The notes under the pieces were generated by a model. That model ran no database searches and had not been told where the DNA came from. It saw nothing but the letters and a program-made list of their open reading frames with translations. Positions 46,497 through 56,595 of a DNA stretch of 64,000 bases are shown here, piece after piece. A program made the position numbers and the translations under genes. Within the stretch, counting starts at the first letter, position 1; each line of letters starts with the position of its first letter. Source of the DNA: Candidatus Ozemobacteraceae bacterium (GTDB lineage Bacteria > Muiribacteriota > Ozemobacteria > Ozemobacterales > Ozemobacteraceae); the NCBI GenBank assembly GCA_965140445.1, contig OZ223236.1:3040001-3104000 (forward strand), written 5' to 3'.

Positions 46497-46591
46497 AAGT
46501 GGCTCCTTAAAGGCATGACCGATATTATCACCAAAAAAAAAACAGGTCAATATGGATTGACAGAGAAATGAAAAGAGGGTAAAAATTTTGT

Positions 46592-47669
46592 ATGAAAATT
46601 ATCCATTCTTTAGAAGGTGAATCTTGGAGCGGCGGACAGCAGCAAGCATTTTTTCTTGCAAAAGGCCAGCAGGAGCTAGGCCATGACGTATTATTAATGT
46701 GTCAGAAAGGCAGCGTTCTTGAAAAAAGAGCTTTGGAAGCTGGCCTGAAAGTAAGATCGGTAAATTACTTTAAAGAAATAAATCCAGTTTCAATGATTCA
46801 GCTGTATAAAGCTTATAAAGAGTTTAAGCCAGATATTGTAAATGTTCACAGGGCCTGGGCTCATACCCAGTGGCTTATTGTTTCTTTAATTACAAGATTT
46901 AGAGGGTTGATTGTTACTCGAAGAGTGCTTTTTAAGCCGGATTCTAACCCCGTAAGTCTGGTTAAATATAGAACTCCAGCCATTAGAGGCTATATTGCTG
47001 TTAGCGAAGCTGTTGGCAAGCAACTCGAGAAAACTGGCGTTAAATCAGAAAGAATTGAAGTTGTTTATTCAGCTACAGATACGGTTAGGTTTTCCCCCAG
47101 AATCAAATGAACCGCTTGAAGCTTCCTGGCCTGTCCCAGATGGAGCCTCTGCCTGTTTAATGGTAGGTAATTATAGCATTAACAAGGGACATCACCTTTT
47201 AATTGATGCATTTAAGGAACTTGGTAAAAGTAAACCTCAGCTTCATCTGGTGCTGGCTGGACATGGCACTGATTCAGAGAAACTACGAAAGTATGCTGAA
47301 GGGCATCCATTTTTGGATCGAATTCATATGCTGGGATTCAGAGCAGACGTTCCAGCAATGATGAAAAAGGCTCTTTTCACCATTAATGCTTCTTATAAAG
47401 AAGGATTGTCAGGAACAGTCAGGGAATCTTTGGCTTTAAATGTCCCGGTATTAGCTTCAGATATTCCAGGGAATCTGGAAATTGGGAAATTAGTTCCAAT
47501 TAAGCTTTTTAAATCTGGCGACGCGTTGAATCTTGCAGAACAGGCCGTAGAATTTATGGCTGAGTTGGATAAGTTTCAGGAACTTAGGGAAAAAACGGTT
47601 TCCAACTTTTCTGTTTCATCAATGGTTCAAAAAACGATAAATGCCTATAGAAAATTTATAAAAAAATGA
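46592..47669 (+). pseudogene. GT4 glycosyltransferase split by a +1 frameshift (real lesion or sequencing error)
   Basis: N-half WSGGQQQ...VHRA; C-half KGHHLLI...EGLSGTVRES. Removing one base from TTTTCCCCC (47090-47098) joins them as RFSPESNEP. Confidence 0.85.
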
Positions 47670-48673
47670 AATGTGATTCAATACCCGTCCTTTATTATCA
47701 TAGAGTTGGTGCTCCAGACCCGGTGCATCTAAGTATTTCAATTGAAGGTTTCGACCGTCAGATGGCCTTCTTGAAAAGAAGAGGATACAATGTAATCTCA
47801 GCGAAAGAACTTATAGACTGGATGGCAGGAGATTTAAATCTGAAAATGCCAGCAGTTTGCCTGACTTTTGATGATGGTTTTGTTGATAATCTTTTATATG
47901 CAGATCCGATCCTTGAAAAATACGGGTTTAAGGCGGCTTTATTTGTTGCCACAGACCTGATAAGACCGGAAAGTCAAAAAGCTGCAGAAAAGGTGGATGA
48001 GTTTAACACAGCTCATACAAAAGCTAGACGCGGCGATTTATCAAATTTTATGTCTCTTAATGAGCTAAAAACACTTGAAAACACCGGTCGATGGGAAATC
48101 TACAGTCATTCGGCTAAACATAATCAGGTTTTTGTTTCAAAAGAAAAAACGGGGATTTATCCCAAAACTGATAACCATTGGGGAATTTTATCAGCATATA
48201 ATAACGGTTGCTCCAGTGGAGAATGGCCTGTATTTAAACGACAGGCCGGTCTTGTTACACCGGGATTTGTTAAATGCTCTCAAGGAAAAGATTCAAGCAT
48301 AGATTCTGAAGAATCAATACAGGTTGGTGATATTTTTTTAAAAAAAGAAAAACAAACTGAATATCTTGAACGTATTGAAAATGATTTAACCAGTTCACTA
48401 AAAATTATTGAAAAAGAATTTATTCCTAAACCTAAGTTGATTTGTTGGCCTTGGGGTAAAACCAATGAGACCTTGGAAAAAGTGGCGGTTAAAGTCGGTT
48501 ATACCGGTGCATTTAGAACTGATACAGGAGCAAATTTTAAGGGAATGAACCCAATGAAAATCAGAAGGTTTCCCATAAAAAAAGAAGATTTGTTTCGTTT
48601 TTCGCTAGGCCTGTGGCTAAGAAAGAAAAAGGTATTTGCTGATATTTATGCTTTTTTCCGTAATAAGGATTAA
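47666..48673 (+). CDS. Polysaccharide deacetylase (CE4/NodB)
   Basis: VLYYH, LTFDDG, SHSAKH, CWPWG. Confidence 0.88.
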   Translation: MKCDSIPVLYYHRVGAPDPVHLSISIEGFDRQMAFLKRRGYNVISAKELIDWMAGDLNLKMPAVCLTFDDGFVDNLLYADPILEKYGFKAALFVATDLIRPESQKAAEKVDEFNTAHTKARRGDLSNFMSLNELKTLENTGRWEIYSHSAKHNQVFVSKEKTGIYPKTDNHWGILSAYNNGCSSGEWPVFKRQAGLVTPGFVKCSQGKDSSIDSEESIQVGDIFLKKEKQTEYLERIENDLTSSLKIIEKEFIPKPKLICWPWGKTNETLEKVAVKVGYTGAFRTDTGANFKGMNPMKIRRFPIKKEDLFRFSLGLWLRKKKVFADIYAFFRNKD

Positions 48674-48681
48674 AAAAGTCC

Positions 48682-48710
48682 CTGACTAGCCTTACATATC
48701 CTGATATAAT
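48682..48710 (+). promoter_or_regulatory. Extended -10 promoter candidate (near-leaderless transcript)
   Basis: CTGACT-N17-TATAAT with TG at the extended position; ATG 9 nt downstream; no SD. Confidence 0.55.
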
Positions 48711-48719
48711 ACTCAAACT

Positions 48720-49547
48720 ATGGTTGCAACAGCAGAAGAAATTATTAGAAAAGCACAGAACTGTTTAAAACAGAAAAAAAACATCAACAGTGCTTTAATT
48801 GGTCTTGGAATCGCCCATTTTGAAAAGGGAGATTTTGATAAGGCCATCGAATTCTACCAAAAAGCCCTCCAGGAAGATCCGGATTCAGCAGAAGCAAACG
48901 CTGGTATGGGAATGGCTCTTGCAAGAATTAATAAAACAAATGAGTCTATTGAATCATTTAAGAAAGCTTTAAAAATGGCTCCTGGCTGCGGAATATTAGC
49001 AAACTGGATTGCAGATGCTTACTTTGATCTGGGAGATCTGGAAAACGCCATTGAGTTTTATGGGCAAGCGACTAGATTGAACAGGATGGATAGCAATGCC
49101 CACAATGATCTGGCAGATGCATACCGACTTAGTGGGCAAATTGATTTGGCAATAGAGCATTATGATTTAACAATACAGCTTGACCCATTTGATACAAATG
49201 CAATCCTTGAAAAAGCCCAATGCCTTCTCCTTAAAAACAGGAAGGATGAAGCATGTAAGGCACTCATAGATTTAATTGAGAAATTCCCAAAAACCCGTGA
49301 TGCGGGCACGGCAACAATACTGGCTGGCAATATTTTTTCCGGGAAGAAAGATTTTAAAACGGCGATTGGATATTTTCAAAAAGCTCTGGACTTTTTCCCA
49401 TATAATACCAATGTTTTATTCCAGACGGGTCTTGCTTATATGGTCAATGGAGATAAAACTGAAGCAGAAAAATGTTTCAAAAAAATTGTTGAATTAGATC
49501 CGTCTGATGAAAAAGTTAAAAAGCTCCTTCAGGAACTTAGAAAGTGA
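48720..49547 (+). CDS. Tetratricopeptide repeat protein
   Basis: About seven 34-aa TPR units (AIEFYQKALQEDPDSAEA...). Confidence 0.92.
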   Translation: MVATAEEIIRKAQNCLKQKKNINSALIGLGIAHFEKGDFDKAIEFYQKALQEDPDSAEANAGMGMALARINKTNESIESFKKALKMAPGCGILANWIADAYFDLGDLENAIEFYGQATRLNRMDSNAHNDLADAYRLSGQIDLAIEHYDLTIQLDPFDTNAILEKAQCLLLKNRKDEACKALIDLIEKFPKTRDAGTATILAGNIFSGKKDFKTAIGYFQKALDFFPYNTNVLFQTGLAYMVNGDKTEAEKCFKKIVELDPSDEKVKKLLQELRK

Positions 49548-51817
49548 AGGGATATTTCTTTAAACATAGAAGAAAAGGAATGCTTTTAGTCCTCGTAGCA
49601 GGCGTTCTTGTTTTTTCAATGATTATTTTTATTTCCTTGATCAATAGAGTCAGACATGAAGGGGCGGTAACCGCAAGGGTCTCTGTTAATGAAAGGATGT
49701 ATCAGGCCGCATCAGCAATTGGTCGCCTTGCAGTTAGAAAGTTGCAGAAAGATTTTGAAACAAAGGATCCTGAGTTTTCAAAAAAAATAATTGATGCAGC
49801 ATTTAACAATAAATACGGAAAACTCGCTGAAGTAAGCTATTCGGATGTTATTAAAAACCTTGATGTTGTTAAAGAAATTATTACCCGGTTTAAAAGTAAA
49901 TGGGGTGAAATTAGTTTTGAGGTCACCTATTCTACGGATCTCGGTAAGGAAAATCCTTTTTCAGCACCCATAAAAGGTCTTACACCTAGTCCTTTTGAAA
50001 GAAAAGGACATATTGATGTTGTTGTAGAAGTATTCCACCTGGGAATTTCAAAGGTTTGTAGAATCAGAAAAGAATTTTTATTGACCAACCTTCTCCCACA
50101 ACCTTTTCACCGCTTTACGCTTTTTTCCCATAAAGGTGCGACAATTGATAAAAATGTTGCCAATCAAACATTCCTTAAAGACGATGGAAAGCTTGAGAGC
50201 GGACGCCCTTTAGTTTGTTACAATTCATTAATCAGAAAGAAAAAAGAAGGCATCGAAGGATTAGATTTTCGATTTAATCGCGCAGATAACATTGTAAAAG
50301 TAATCGACGGCGAACCATCCTTTGTGAAAAATGGTTGGATTTATCTCGGAGGCCGTGGGAATTCAATGGATTCCATGGACGATTCTGGAAATCTTATTCT
50401 CAACGTAAACACTGGTAGCAATGATGATCAAGGCAAAAGCTGCTTTGGTGAATTTTTCCACTTTTATTTCAACCCGAATAGCTCAGGTTGGCTCATTTCT
50501 AAGGATTGGACCGACTGGTTTAATAAGCTAATTCCTGGCAATGACCAGGGGGGTGGAGCCAGCCGAATAATGGTTGCTTTTGTTGACTATGGATATTATA
50601 AGGGGCTTTATAGTATCCCTTTCAGAAGCAATTATTTGTTTAAAACCGCATTGGAAATATATGGTTCCAAGATTAGTGAAAACATTGATCGGGGAAATTC
50701 AATGCACCTTTTTGGAACCCCGGCATTGTGTACTCCGACTCTTATTTTTGGAAAGGTTAAAAGACGCTATATTCGTACTTTTGCTTTTTACTTTAGTGAA
50801 AGTTCACGTGTGTATCCATTAAGAGGATTTAAAAATGAAAGTTCATTAAACAATTTCGCGTTTAAAGAAATTCCAGACTGGTATAGATCTATTTCTGGAA
50901 ATAATGCTGATGAGACTTTAATGGCAGATTTTTCGAGCATTTTTGCTACAGAAATTGATGTTCCAAAATATCAATTGGGTTTTCCTTCTAAAACCCCTTC
51001 TTTATGTGGACTGGATCCTGAAGTTCGTGACTGGGAACCCTATCTTGAGGGGTTAAAAAACATTTCTGATCCCGGTGGTCCCGACAGAAAGTGGTCAGAG
51101 GTTGTTATGAAAAATGATTATGTACAAGATGGCCCACAGAGCCTTTGTAAAACTGATTACAACTTCTCCAATGATAAAGAGATTTATTACACCGGCAGTA
51201 TCAGACAAATTAATCCCAAAGACGGATATTTAAGAGATAGGATGAGCTATTTAATAGATACTGGTGAAAACGGACCAGTAAAGCTTAGCAAATGCGAATT
51301 TTTTAAAAATCGTTTTATTAGCAAAAGCAAGGGTAAAAATATGCTCTTCTTGAATCAGGTAATAGGAATTAAAGGCGATTTAATTGTTGATATACCATTA
51401 GAGGTTGTTAAAGGCGGAGTGATCATTGTTGATGGGAAGGTTACCATCCAGGCTCCTATAGTTAACCCGTATATAGAAAATGTTCCGACTACTCCAGATG
51501 CCTATGGTTATCTTTCTTTTATTACAAAAAAAGAAATAGTTATTGCCGCAGGGACCAAGGTTTCCGGTGGGCTTCCCCAGGTTCATGGCTTTTTTATCAG
51601 CATGAGCGATGGAGGTGGAAGAATCGTTGTTGGCAAAGGATTTCACATTATCGGTGGTGTTGCTGCTGATAATATTGATGATCTTGTTAAAAATGGATGT
51701 ATTGTTGAGTGGGGTTTTGATCCAAAAGAGCTTTCCAATGGAAAATGTTTTAGCTCTCCAGATTTTTATGGTTTGGCTATGGGACCGAGAGATTTGGAAA
51801 TTATTCGAGAAGAATAA
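49544..51817 (+). CDS. Large PilX-like minor pilin or adhesin candidate
   Basis: RRKG|MLLVLV class III-like leader lacking Glu5, then an amphipathic helix; C-terminal GGVIIVDGKVTI/IIGGVAAD beta-solenoid-like strands. Confidence 0.6.
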   Translation: MKGYFFKHRRKGMLLVLVAGVLVFSMIIFISLINRVRHEGAVTARVSVNERMYQAASAIGRLAVRKLQKDFETKDPEFSKKIIDAAFNNKYGKLAEVSYSDVIKNLDVVKEIITRFKSKWGEISFEVTYSTDLGKENPFSAPIKGLTPSPFERKGHIDVVVEVFHLGISKVCRIRKEFLLTNLLPQPFHRFTLFSHKGATIDKNVANQTFLKDDGKLESGRPLVCYNSLIRKKKEGIEGLDFRFNRADNIVKVIDGEPSFVKNGWIYLGGRGNSMDSMDDSGNLILNVNTGSNDDQGKSCFGEFFHFYFNPNSSGWLISKDWTDWFNKLIPGNDQGGGASRIMVAFVDYGYYKGLYSIPFRSNYLFKTALEIYGSKISENIDRGNSMHLFGTPALCTPTLIFGKVKRRYIRTFAFYFSESSRVYPLRGFKNESSLNNFAFKEIPDWYRSISGNNADETLMADFSSIFATEIDVPKYQLGFPSKTPSLCGLDPEVRDWEPYLEGLKNISDPGGPDRKWSEVVMKNDYVQDGPQSLCKTDYNFSNDKEIYYTGSIRQINPKDGYLRDRMSYLIDTGENGPVKLSKCEFFKNRFISKSKGKNMLFLNQVIGIKGDLIVDIPLEVVKGGVIIVDGKVTIQAPIVNPYIENVPTTPDAYGYLSFITKKEIVIAAGTKVSGGLPQVHGFFISMSDGGGRIVVGKGFHIIGGVAADNIDDLVKNGCIVEWGFDPKELSNGKCFSSPDFYGLAMGPRDLEIIREE

Positions 51818-51843
51818 AAACTTTTTTAATTTAGATAAGTATT
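51816..51843 (+). promoter_or_regulatory. Candidate ECF (SigW-like) autoregulatory promoter
   Basis: AAAAAC-N16-AGTATT, resembling TGAAAC-N16-CGTA, directly upstream of the ECF sigma gene. Confidence 0.4.
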
Positions 51844-51859
51844 AATATAGAGTCCAGAA

Positions 51860-52414
51860 ATGAAAACAGACAAAGAGCTAATTGAAAACATACTTGCAGG
51901 ACGGCTTGATTGCTTTGAAACAGTAATTGGGCGCTACAAACGTCTTCTTTTCAGTTTCCTTTTGTCTCAACATGGGAATTATCAGGAGGTCGAAGACATT
52001 GTTCAAGAAACATATATTAAGGCTTTTCGGCATCTTGATAAATTCGATCAAAAAAGGAAATTTTCAAATTGGCTTTTAACGATTGCAAAAAATCTTCTAA
52101 TTGATTTGCGCAGAAAAGCTGGTAGAAGTGTTACCTCTACTGAAGTCGTAGAAGAAACTCTTTTAGGGCTTAAAAATGAAGGTGGCGGGGGACAACCCCA
52201 GGAAGAAGTTCTAAAAAAAGAGAAATTTCAGGAAGTTTTTGATTTGATAGGGAAACTTCCTGAAGAAGTTAGAATTCCATTCATTCTAAGAGTGGTAGAC
52301 GAACAATCCTATCAAGACATTGCTGAAAATCTTGAGCTTCCGATTCAAACGGTGAAAAATCGAATCTTTAAGGCTCGTCAGATTTTACGTGAGCAAAAAG
52401 GAAGTAGCTTATGA
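51860..52414 (+). CDS. ECF RNA polymerase sigma factor
   Basis: EDIVQETYIKAF, FSNWLLTIAKN, SYQDIAENL...TVKNRIFKAR. Confidence 0.93.
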   Translation: MKTDKELIENILAGRLDCFETVIGRYKRLLFSFLLSQHGNYQEVEDIVQETYIKAFRHLDKFDQKRKFSNWLLTIAKNLLIDLRRKAGRSVTSTEVVEETLLGLKNEGGGGQPQEEVLKKEKFQEVFDLIGKLPEEVRIPFILRVVDEQSYQDIAENLELPIQTVKNRIFKARQILREQKGSSL

Positions 52415-53340
52415 AATGCCCTGATACAGAAAAGCTAAATCTTTTTATCGATAATGAGCTTTCTGAAAAAGAGCTCTTAAAGGTAAAAGGGCATCTTAAT
52501 GTTTGCCAAAAGTGTAAAGATGAAGTTGCACAATTGACCAGGTATGAAGAAAAAATAATTGAATCATTCAGATCCTTCTCTGATAACTCAGAGATTAATA
52601 AATCCATCATGGAGAAAATAGGTAAAGAGAAGCTACCAGGTAAAAGTTTCAGCTTCATGGAGCGCGCTCTTCGCATTCTTTTACCAGCATTTGCGCTATG
52701 CCTGATTTTATTTGTCGCTTTAAAATTCAATTCTTACCCCGGGAAAAAGTATCCTGGTTCCGCTAGTTTGATTAGTTGTAAGGCGAAGGATTCAGATGCC
52801 TTTTTTAATCAAAAAGTAATTGTAAAAGAACTGGAATTCAAAGTTCAGCCACTTGAAGTTAATAATTTTGTAGGTGTATTTGATTTTGAAATTGTCTTAT
52901 CGAAAACCAAGAAGATTAATTGGAATGGCAGTGGTTCTTTTTCTATCTCCACCTCTGGTGACATTAATTTTAAAGAAGGAAATGGAATTTTTTCAAACAA
53001 CTCAAGTGAGTCGGTTCTAATTGAGTCTGGTAATAAGACTTACACTCTTGGTGGTTCACCAGTAGAATTGTCAGATAAGGAAGTTGTAAAAGAAAAGATA
53101 AAAAAAGATTCAATGCCTGAATTAAAAAAATCGGAAAAAGTTATCCAGGAAAAGGCATTAGATAAAAAGAACCAAATTGAAAATCCTGTTATAGAAGATG
53201 GTATGCAAAAAAATGAGAAAAAGGACTATAATTCTGAAATAGATGTAGTTGCTCCAACAGGAGATGTCATGGAAGTGGAAAAAGTTAAACAGATGAGCAA
53301 TCCTTTTGATGAAAAGCCACTGGAATTAGTGGGAGACTAA
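52411..53340 (+). CDS. Zinc-binding (ZAS) transmembrane anti-sigma factor
   Basis: MKC...HLNVCQKC (HxxxCxxC), TM, extracytoplasmic domain; overlaps the sigma gene stop. Confidence 0.85.
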   Translation: MKCPDTEKLNLFIDNELSEKELLKVKGHLNVCQKCKDEVAQLTRYEEKIIESFRSFSDNSEINKSIMEKIGKEKLPGKSFSFMERALRILLPAFALCLILFVALKFNSYPGKKYPGSASLISCKAKDSDAFFNQKVIVKELEFKVQPLEVNNFVGVFDFEIVLSKTKKINWNGSGSFSISTSGDINFKEGNGIFSNNSSESVLIESGNKTYTLGGSPVELSDKEVVKEKIKKDSMPELKKSEKVIQEKALDKKNQIENPVIEDGMQKNEKKDYNSEIDVVAPTGDVMEVEKVKQMSNPFDEKPLELVGD

Positions 53341-53341
53341 A

Positions 53342-53848
53342 ATGCGTAGAGGCACAAAAGCCTTTTCTTTACTTGAGATTCTTATGGCAATGCTGTTTTT
53401 AAGCCTTGCATTTTTGCCTGTGTACAATCTTTTTAGATTCGGTCAACATGGAACAAAAAATAATTTGAATGAGGTAACAGCAACAAATTATGCATCAGAT
53501 CTGGTTAACTATACTCGAGAGTTAAAAGTCTATCAGATTGACACTATGTTGGGTGGCAAAAAGAAAAAGGTGCTTTTGAAGAATGATAAAGAAATTTCCA
53601 CGGCATTTAAAAGGCTTGGACTGGAAGCGCCTCCTGCAACAGTTAAGCCTTTCTCAAGGAGCATGGAACTTTCTAGTTACAAAGGAAATAATACTAAGGG
53701 ATTCTTTGGCGTTATTGGTTATTTAAGTGATCTTTTCAATGAAAGGCGATCTGTAAAGAACTATTTGGCTAACGTAAAAGTTACTTTCCCCAACACTTCC
53801 GGAAATGGTGAAGATGAGGTTCAGCTCTTTACAATAGTGATGGATTAA
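53342..53848 (+). CDS. Prepilin-type minor pilin (PilV-like)
   Basis: KA|FSLLEILMAM class III signal. Confidence 0.8.
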   Translation: MRRGTKAFSLLEILMAMLFLSLAFLPVYNLFRFGQHGTKNNLNEVTATNYASDLVNYTRELKVYQIDTMLGGKKKKVLLKNDKEISTAFKRLGLEAPPATVKPFSRSMELSSYKGNNTKGFFGVIGYLSDLFNERRSVKNYLANVKVTFPNTSGNGEDEVQLFTIVMD

Positions 53849-53849
53849 C

Positions 53850-54422
53850 ATGAAGAAATCTGGGTTTACCCTTATAGAAATATTAGTTATTTTTGCCTTG
53901 GTGTCGCTTGTTTCTGGCGTCGCATACAGAATTATGTCTGGGACTTTTTCGCAATTTTTTAAATCCCAAACAAAATTGACCAACCTTCGTGCTGCAAGTT
54001 TAATTCTTGAAAGATTGAAATATGACATTCGTCTTGCTATTGCACCAGCCAGTTCTGCAGAAAAAGCTGTTTTAAAAAATGATTCTGGGAAGACGGAGTT
54101 GGAGTTCTATATTAGAGATCATGAAGGAAAGAAAAAAGTCTCCTATAATTTTAAAAATGGCATTGTGGAAAGGGAAGTTGATGGGAAAAAACGGAAACTA
54201 AACCCTGTAAAAGTTGCTGATTTTTCAATCCAGGTCCCAGAAGAGGGAAAAAGCAAAATGCTTATGGTTTCAATTGTTGTAGATCGAGATAAAGATTTGG
54301 AAGATAAGGATATTAACAAAAAAGGAAATAAAGTTGAATTAAGAGCAATTTTGTTTCCTAGATTTTTTCAGGAATCTCTTAGCGATGAAGAAAAATACTG
54401 GAATTTAGCTCGAAATTTTTAA
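53850..54422 (+). CDS. Prepilin-type minor pilin (PilW-like)
   Basis: KSG|FTLIEILVI; LERLKYDIRLA helix. Confidence 0.8.
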   Translation: MKKSGFTLIEILVIFALVSLVSGVAYRIMSGTFSQFFKSQTKLTNLRAASLILERLKYDIRLAIAPASSAEKAVLKNDSGKTELEFYIRDHEGKKKVSYNFKNGIVEREVDGKKRKLNPVKVADFSIQVPEEGKSKMLMVSIVVDRDKDLEDKDINKKGNKVELRAILFPRFFQESLSDEEKYWNLARNF

Positions 54423-54433
54423 AGGAGGCACTT

Positions 54434-54922
54434 ATGATGATGCCTAAGAAAATAGCATTAAGTTTGATTATTTTGTCTATTACATTCTCAACAACGGGGT
54501 TTGCTTTAACAACACACCAGTTTGCATCAGGCGACACTTTGTGGGATCTTGCTGCGAAACACTATGGAGATCCAACGCTATACCCTGTTTTACTGGAAGT
54601 GAACGGAATAGACAATCCAAGAACTATTCCAACTGGAAAGACAATTATTATTCCGGACAAAGATCAGATGAAAGAAATTGCTACTGAAAAAGATCCTACA
54701 AAAAAACAGAGGCTAATTGTAACAGCGACTTCTGGTGTACGCCCTGATGAAACATCAACAAATACATCTACAAATACTCAAACTCAGAATGGGCAAGAAT
54801 TTGAGTCAAGATATTCTGGGGATACAATTAGATCAAGCGAAACTTCTTTTAAGGCAATTTTAAAAGGGCCAAAAGTCGGTGGTGAAAAACTGATAAAGTA
54901 TTCGGATCAGGATAAAAAATAA
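54434..54922 (+). CDS. Exported LysM-domain protein
   Basis: GDTLWDLAAKHYG...NGIDNPRTIPTGKTIIIP. Confidence 0.88.
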   Translation: MMMPKKIALSLIILSITFSTTGFALTTHQFASGDTLWDLAAKHYGDPTLYPVLLEVNGIDNPRTIPTGKTIIIPDKDQMKEIATEKDPTKKQRLIVTATSGVRPDETSTNTSTNTQTQNGQEFESRYSGDTIRSSETSFKAILKGPKVGGEKLIKYSDQDKK

Positions 54923-54935
54923 AAATTATGTACCC

Positions 54936-54964
54936 TTGACACTATTATAATTGATAGTTAAAAT
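54936..54964 (+). promoter_or_regulatory. Sigma-70 promoter candidate
   Basis: TTGACA-N17-TAAAAT. Confidence 0.7.
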
Positions 54965-55039
54965 TATAACATTCTCTTCACAAGAGTATCAGAGTATTTT
55001 AAATGTATTAATGTCCTATAAGCTAAAGGAGAATAGAGT

Positions 55040-56533
55040 ATGAGACGCAGCCTTATTGCTGTTTGTTGTGGTGCATTATTGAGTGTAGGGACTCTTGCAG
55101 GTGCAACTACAGTTCAAAGCCTTGTTAAGGTAAAAAAACTAACCAGTAAACAAATTACAAAACTTGCAAATGCAGGTTATGACATTGCAAAAGAAGGCAA
55201 AGGCTATGCCGAAATGGTTTTAAGTAAAGAAGAAATGGATGCATTTCTTAATAAAGGTCATCCTCTTGAAATCATTATTCCAGATGTTGATCAATACATT
55301 CAGGATATACAAAAAAAGCAGACTAAGAATGCACAGTATTATACTTTTAAAACTATGCAGACTCAGCTCCAGAAATGGGCCAAAGACTACTCTGATATCT
55401 GCAGATTAGAATCTCTTGGAAAAAGTTGGGAAAAAAGAGATATCTGGGGACTGAAAATTAGTGATAACCCAAATATTGATGAAAATGAGCCAGCTGCATT
55501 GATTATGGGTGACCATCATGCAAGAGAATGGCCTTCTGTTGAAGTTCCGATGGCAACTGCCAAAGATCTTCTTGAAAACTATAGTCACGATGAAAAAATT
55601 AAGTGGCTTGTAGATAACAGAGAAATCTGGTTTGTACCAATGGTTAACCCAGATGGAATGACTTATTCTCAGGAAAAAAGTCGAATGTGGCGTAAAAATC
55701 GCAGAGATAATGGCGATGGACGTTTTGGCGTAGATCCTAATAGAAACTGGGGATACCAGTGGGGTAATGTTGGTTCAAGTAACTCAACTTATTCTGACAC
55801 CTATCATGGCCCTAAAGCCTTTAGTGAACCAGAAGTTTGCGCCGTAAGAGATTTAGCTATTCGTGAAAAATTTAATGCAAGTATTTCCTGTCATACTTAT
55901 TCAGAATTAATTCTTTATCCTTTTGGCTACGCTTATAATGTTCCAAATCAGGATGTTAAGATCTTTAAGAAAATGGCTGGCGATATGGCAAGATTTAATG
56001 GTTACACCCCACAGAATAGTGCAGAGCTTTATCCTGCAATGGGTGACAGTGATGACTATCTTTACGGCGAACTTAAGACTCTTGCGTTTACGTTCGAACT
56101 TTGTTCAACCTTTATTCCAAATCCAAATCAAATCGATGATTTCTGTGGCGACAACGTTCCTGCAGTTAAGTATTTGATTGAAAAAGCCGGAACTTTGGGT
56201 GTTGTTGCAACAGTTGGAAATGAAGATGTAATTAGTCAGTTAGATTTCAAATCTGCTATCTGCGCAGTCGAAGACGCTTATTCTCTTTTTGATAACGATG
56301 ATCATATGAAAATCAGAAATGATGTTCTTAATAAAGTTGAAAGTGTCAGCAAAAGAATAGCTAATATCGTTACTGCTGATCTTAAAAATGGTAACACCGA
56401 AACTTTTGAAAGAGTTAAGAAATCAAGTGTTGCAGGATTAGCTCTTTCGTTTATTAAAAACAGGGTTTTGTTTGAAAATGCTCATGGCGATGTTTTCAGA
56501 GCCGATATTATTCAACAAATAAATAAGCTTTAA
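55040..56533 (+). CDS. Secreted M14 zinc carboxypeptidase (carboxypeptidase T-like)
   Basis: HHAREW, NPDG, WRKNRR, GVDPNRN, CHTYS, FTFEL; signal peptide and prodomain. Confidence 0.93.
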   Translation: MRRSLIAVCCGALLSVGTLAGATTVQSLVKVKKLTSKQITKLANAGYDIAKEGKGYAEMVLSKEEMDAFLNKGHPLEIIIPDVDQYIQDIQKKQTKNAQYYTFKTMQTQLQKWAKDYSDICRLESLGKSWEKRDIWGLKISDNPNIDENEPAALIMGDHHAREWPSVEVPMATAKDLLENYSHDEKIKWLVDNREIWFVPMVNPDGMTYSQEKSRMWRKNRRDNGDGRFGVDPNRNWGYQWGNVGSSNSTYSDTYHGPKAFSEPEVCAVRDLAIREKFNASISCHTYSELILYPFGYAYNVPNQDVKIFKKMAGDMARFNGYTPQNSAELYPAMGDSDDYLYGELKTLAFTFELCSTFIPNPNQIDDFCGDNVPAVKYLIEKAGTLGVVATVGNEDVISQLDFKSAICAVEDAYSLFDNDDHMKIRNDVLNKVESVSKRIANIVTADLKNGNTETFERVKKSSVAGLALSFIKNRVLFENAHGDVFRADIIQQINKL

Positions 56534-56562
56534 ACCTTTTATAAAAAAAACTAACGTGATAT

Positions 56563-56593
56563 AATGAACCACCACTATGGTGGTTCATTTTCT
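56563..56593 (+). terminator. Terminator-like hairpin overlapping an extended -10 element
   Basis: AATGAACCACCA-cta-TGGTGGTTCATT then TTCT; TGATATAAT at 56557-56565. Confidence 0.65.
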
Positions 56594-56595
56594 AT

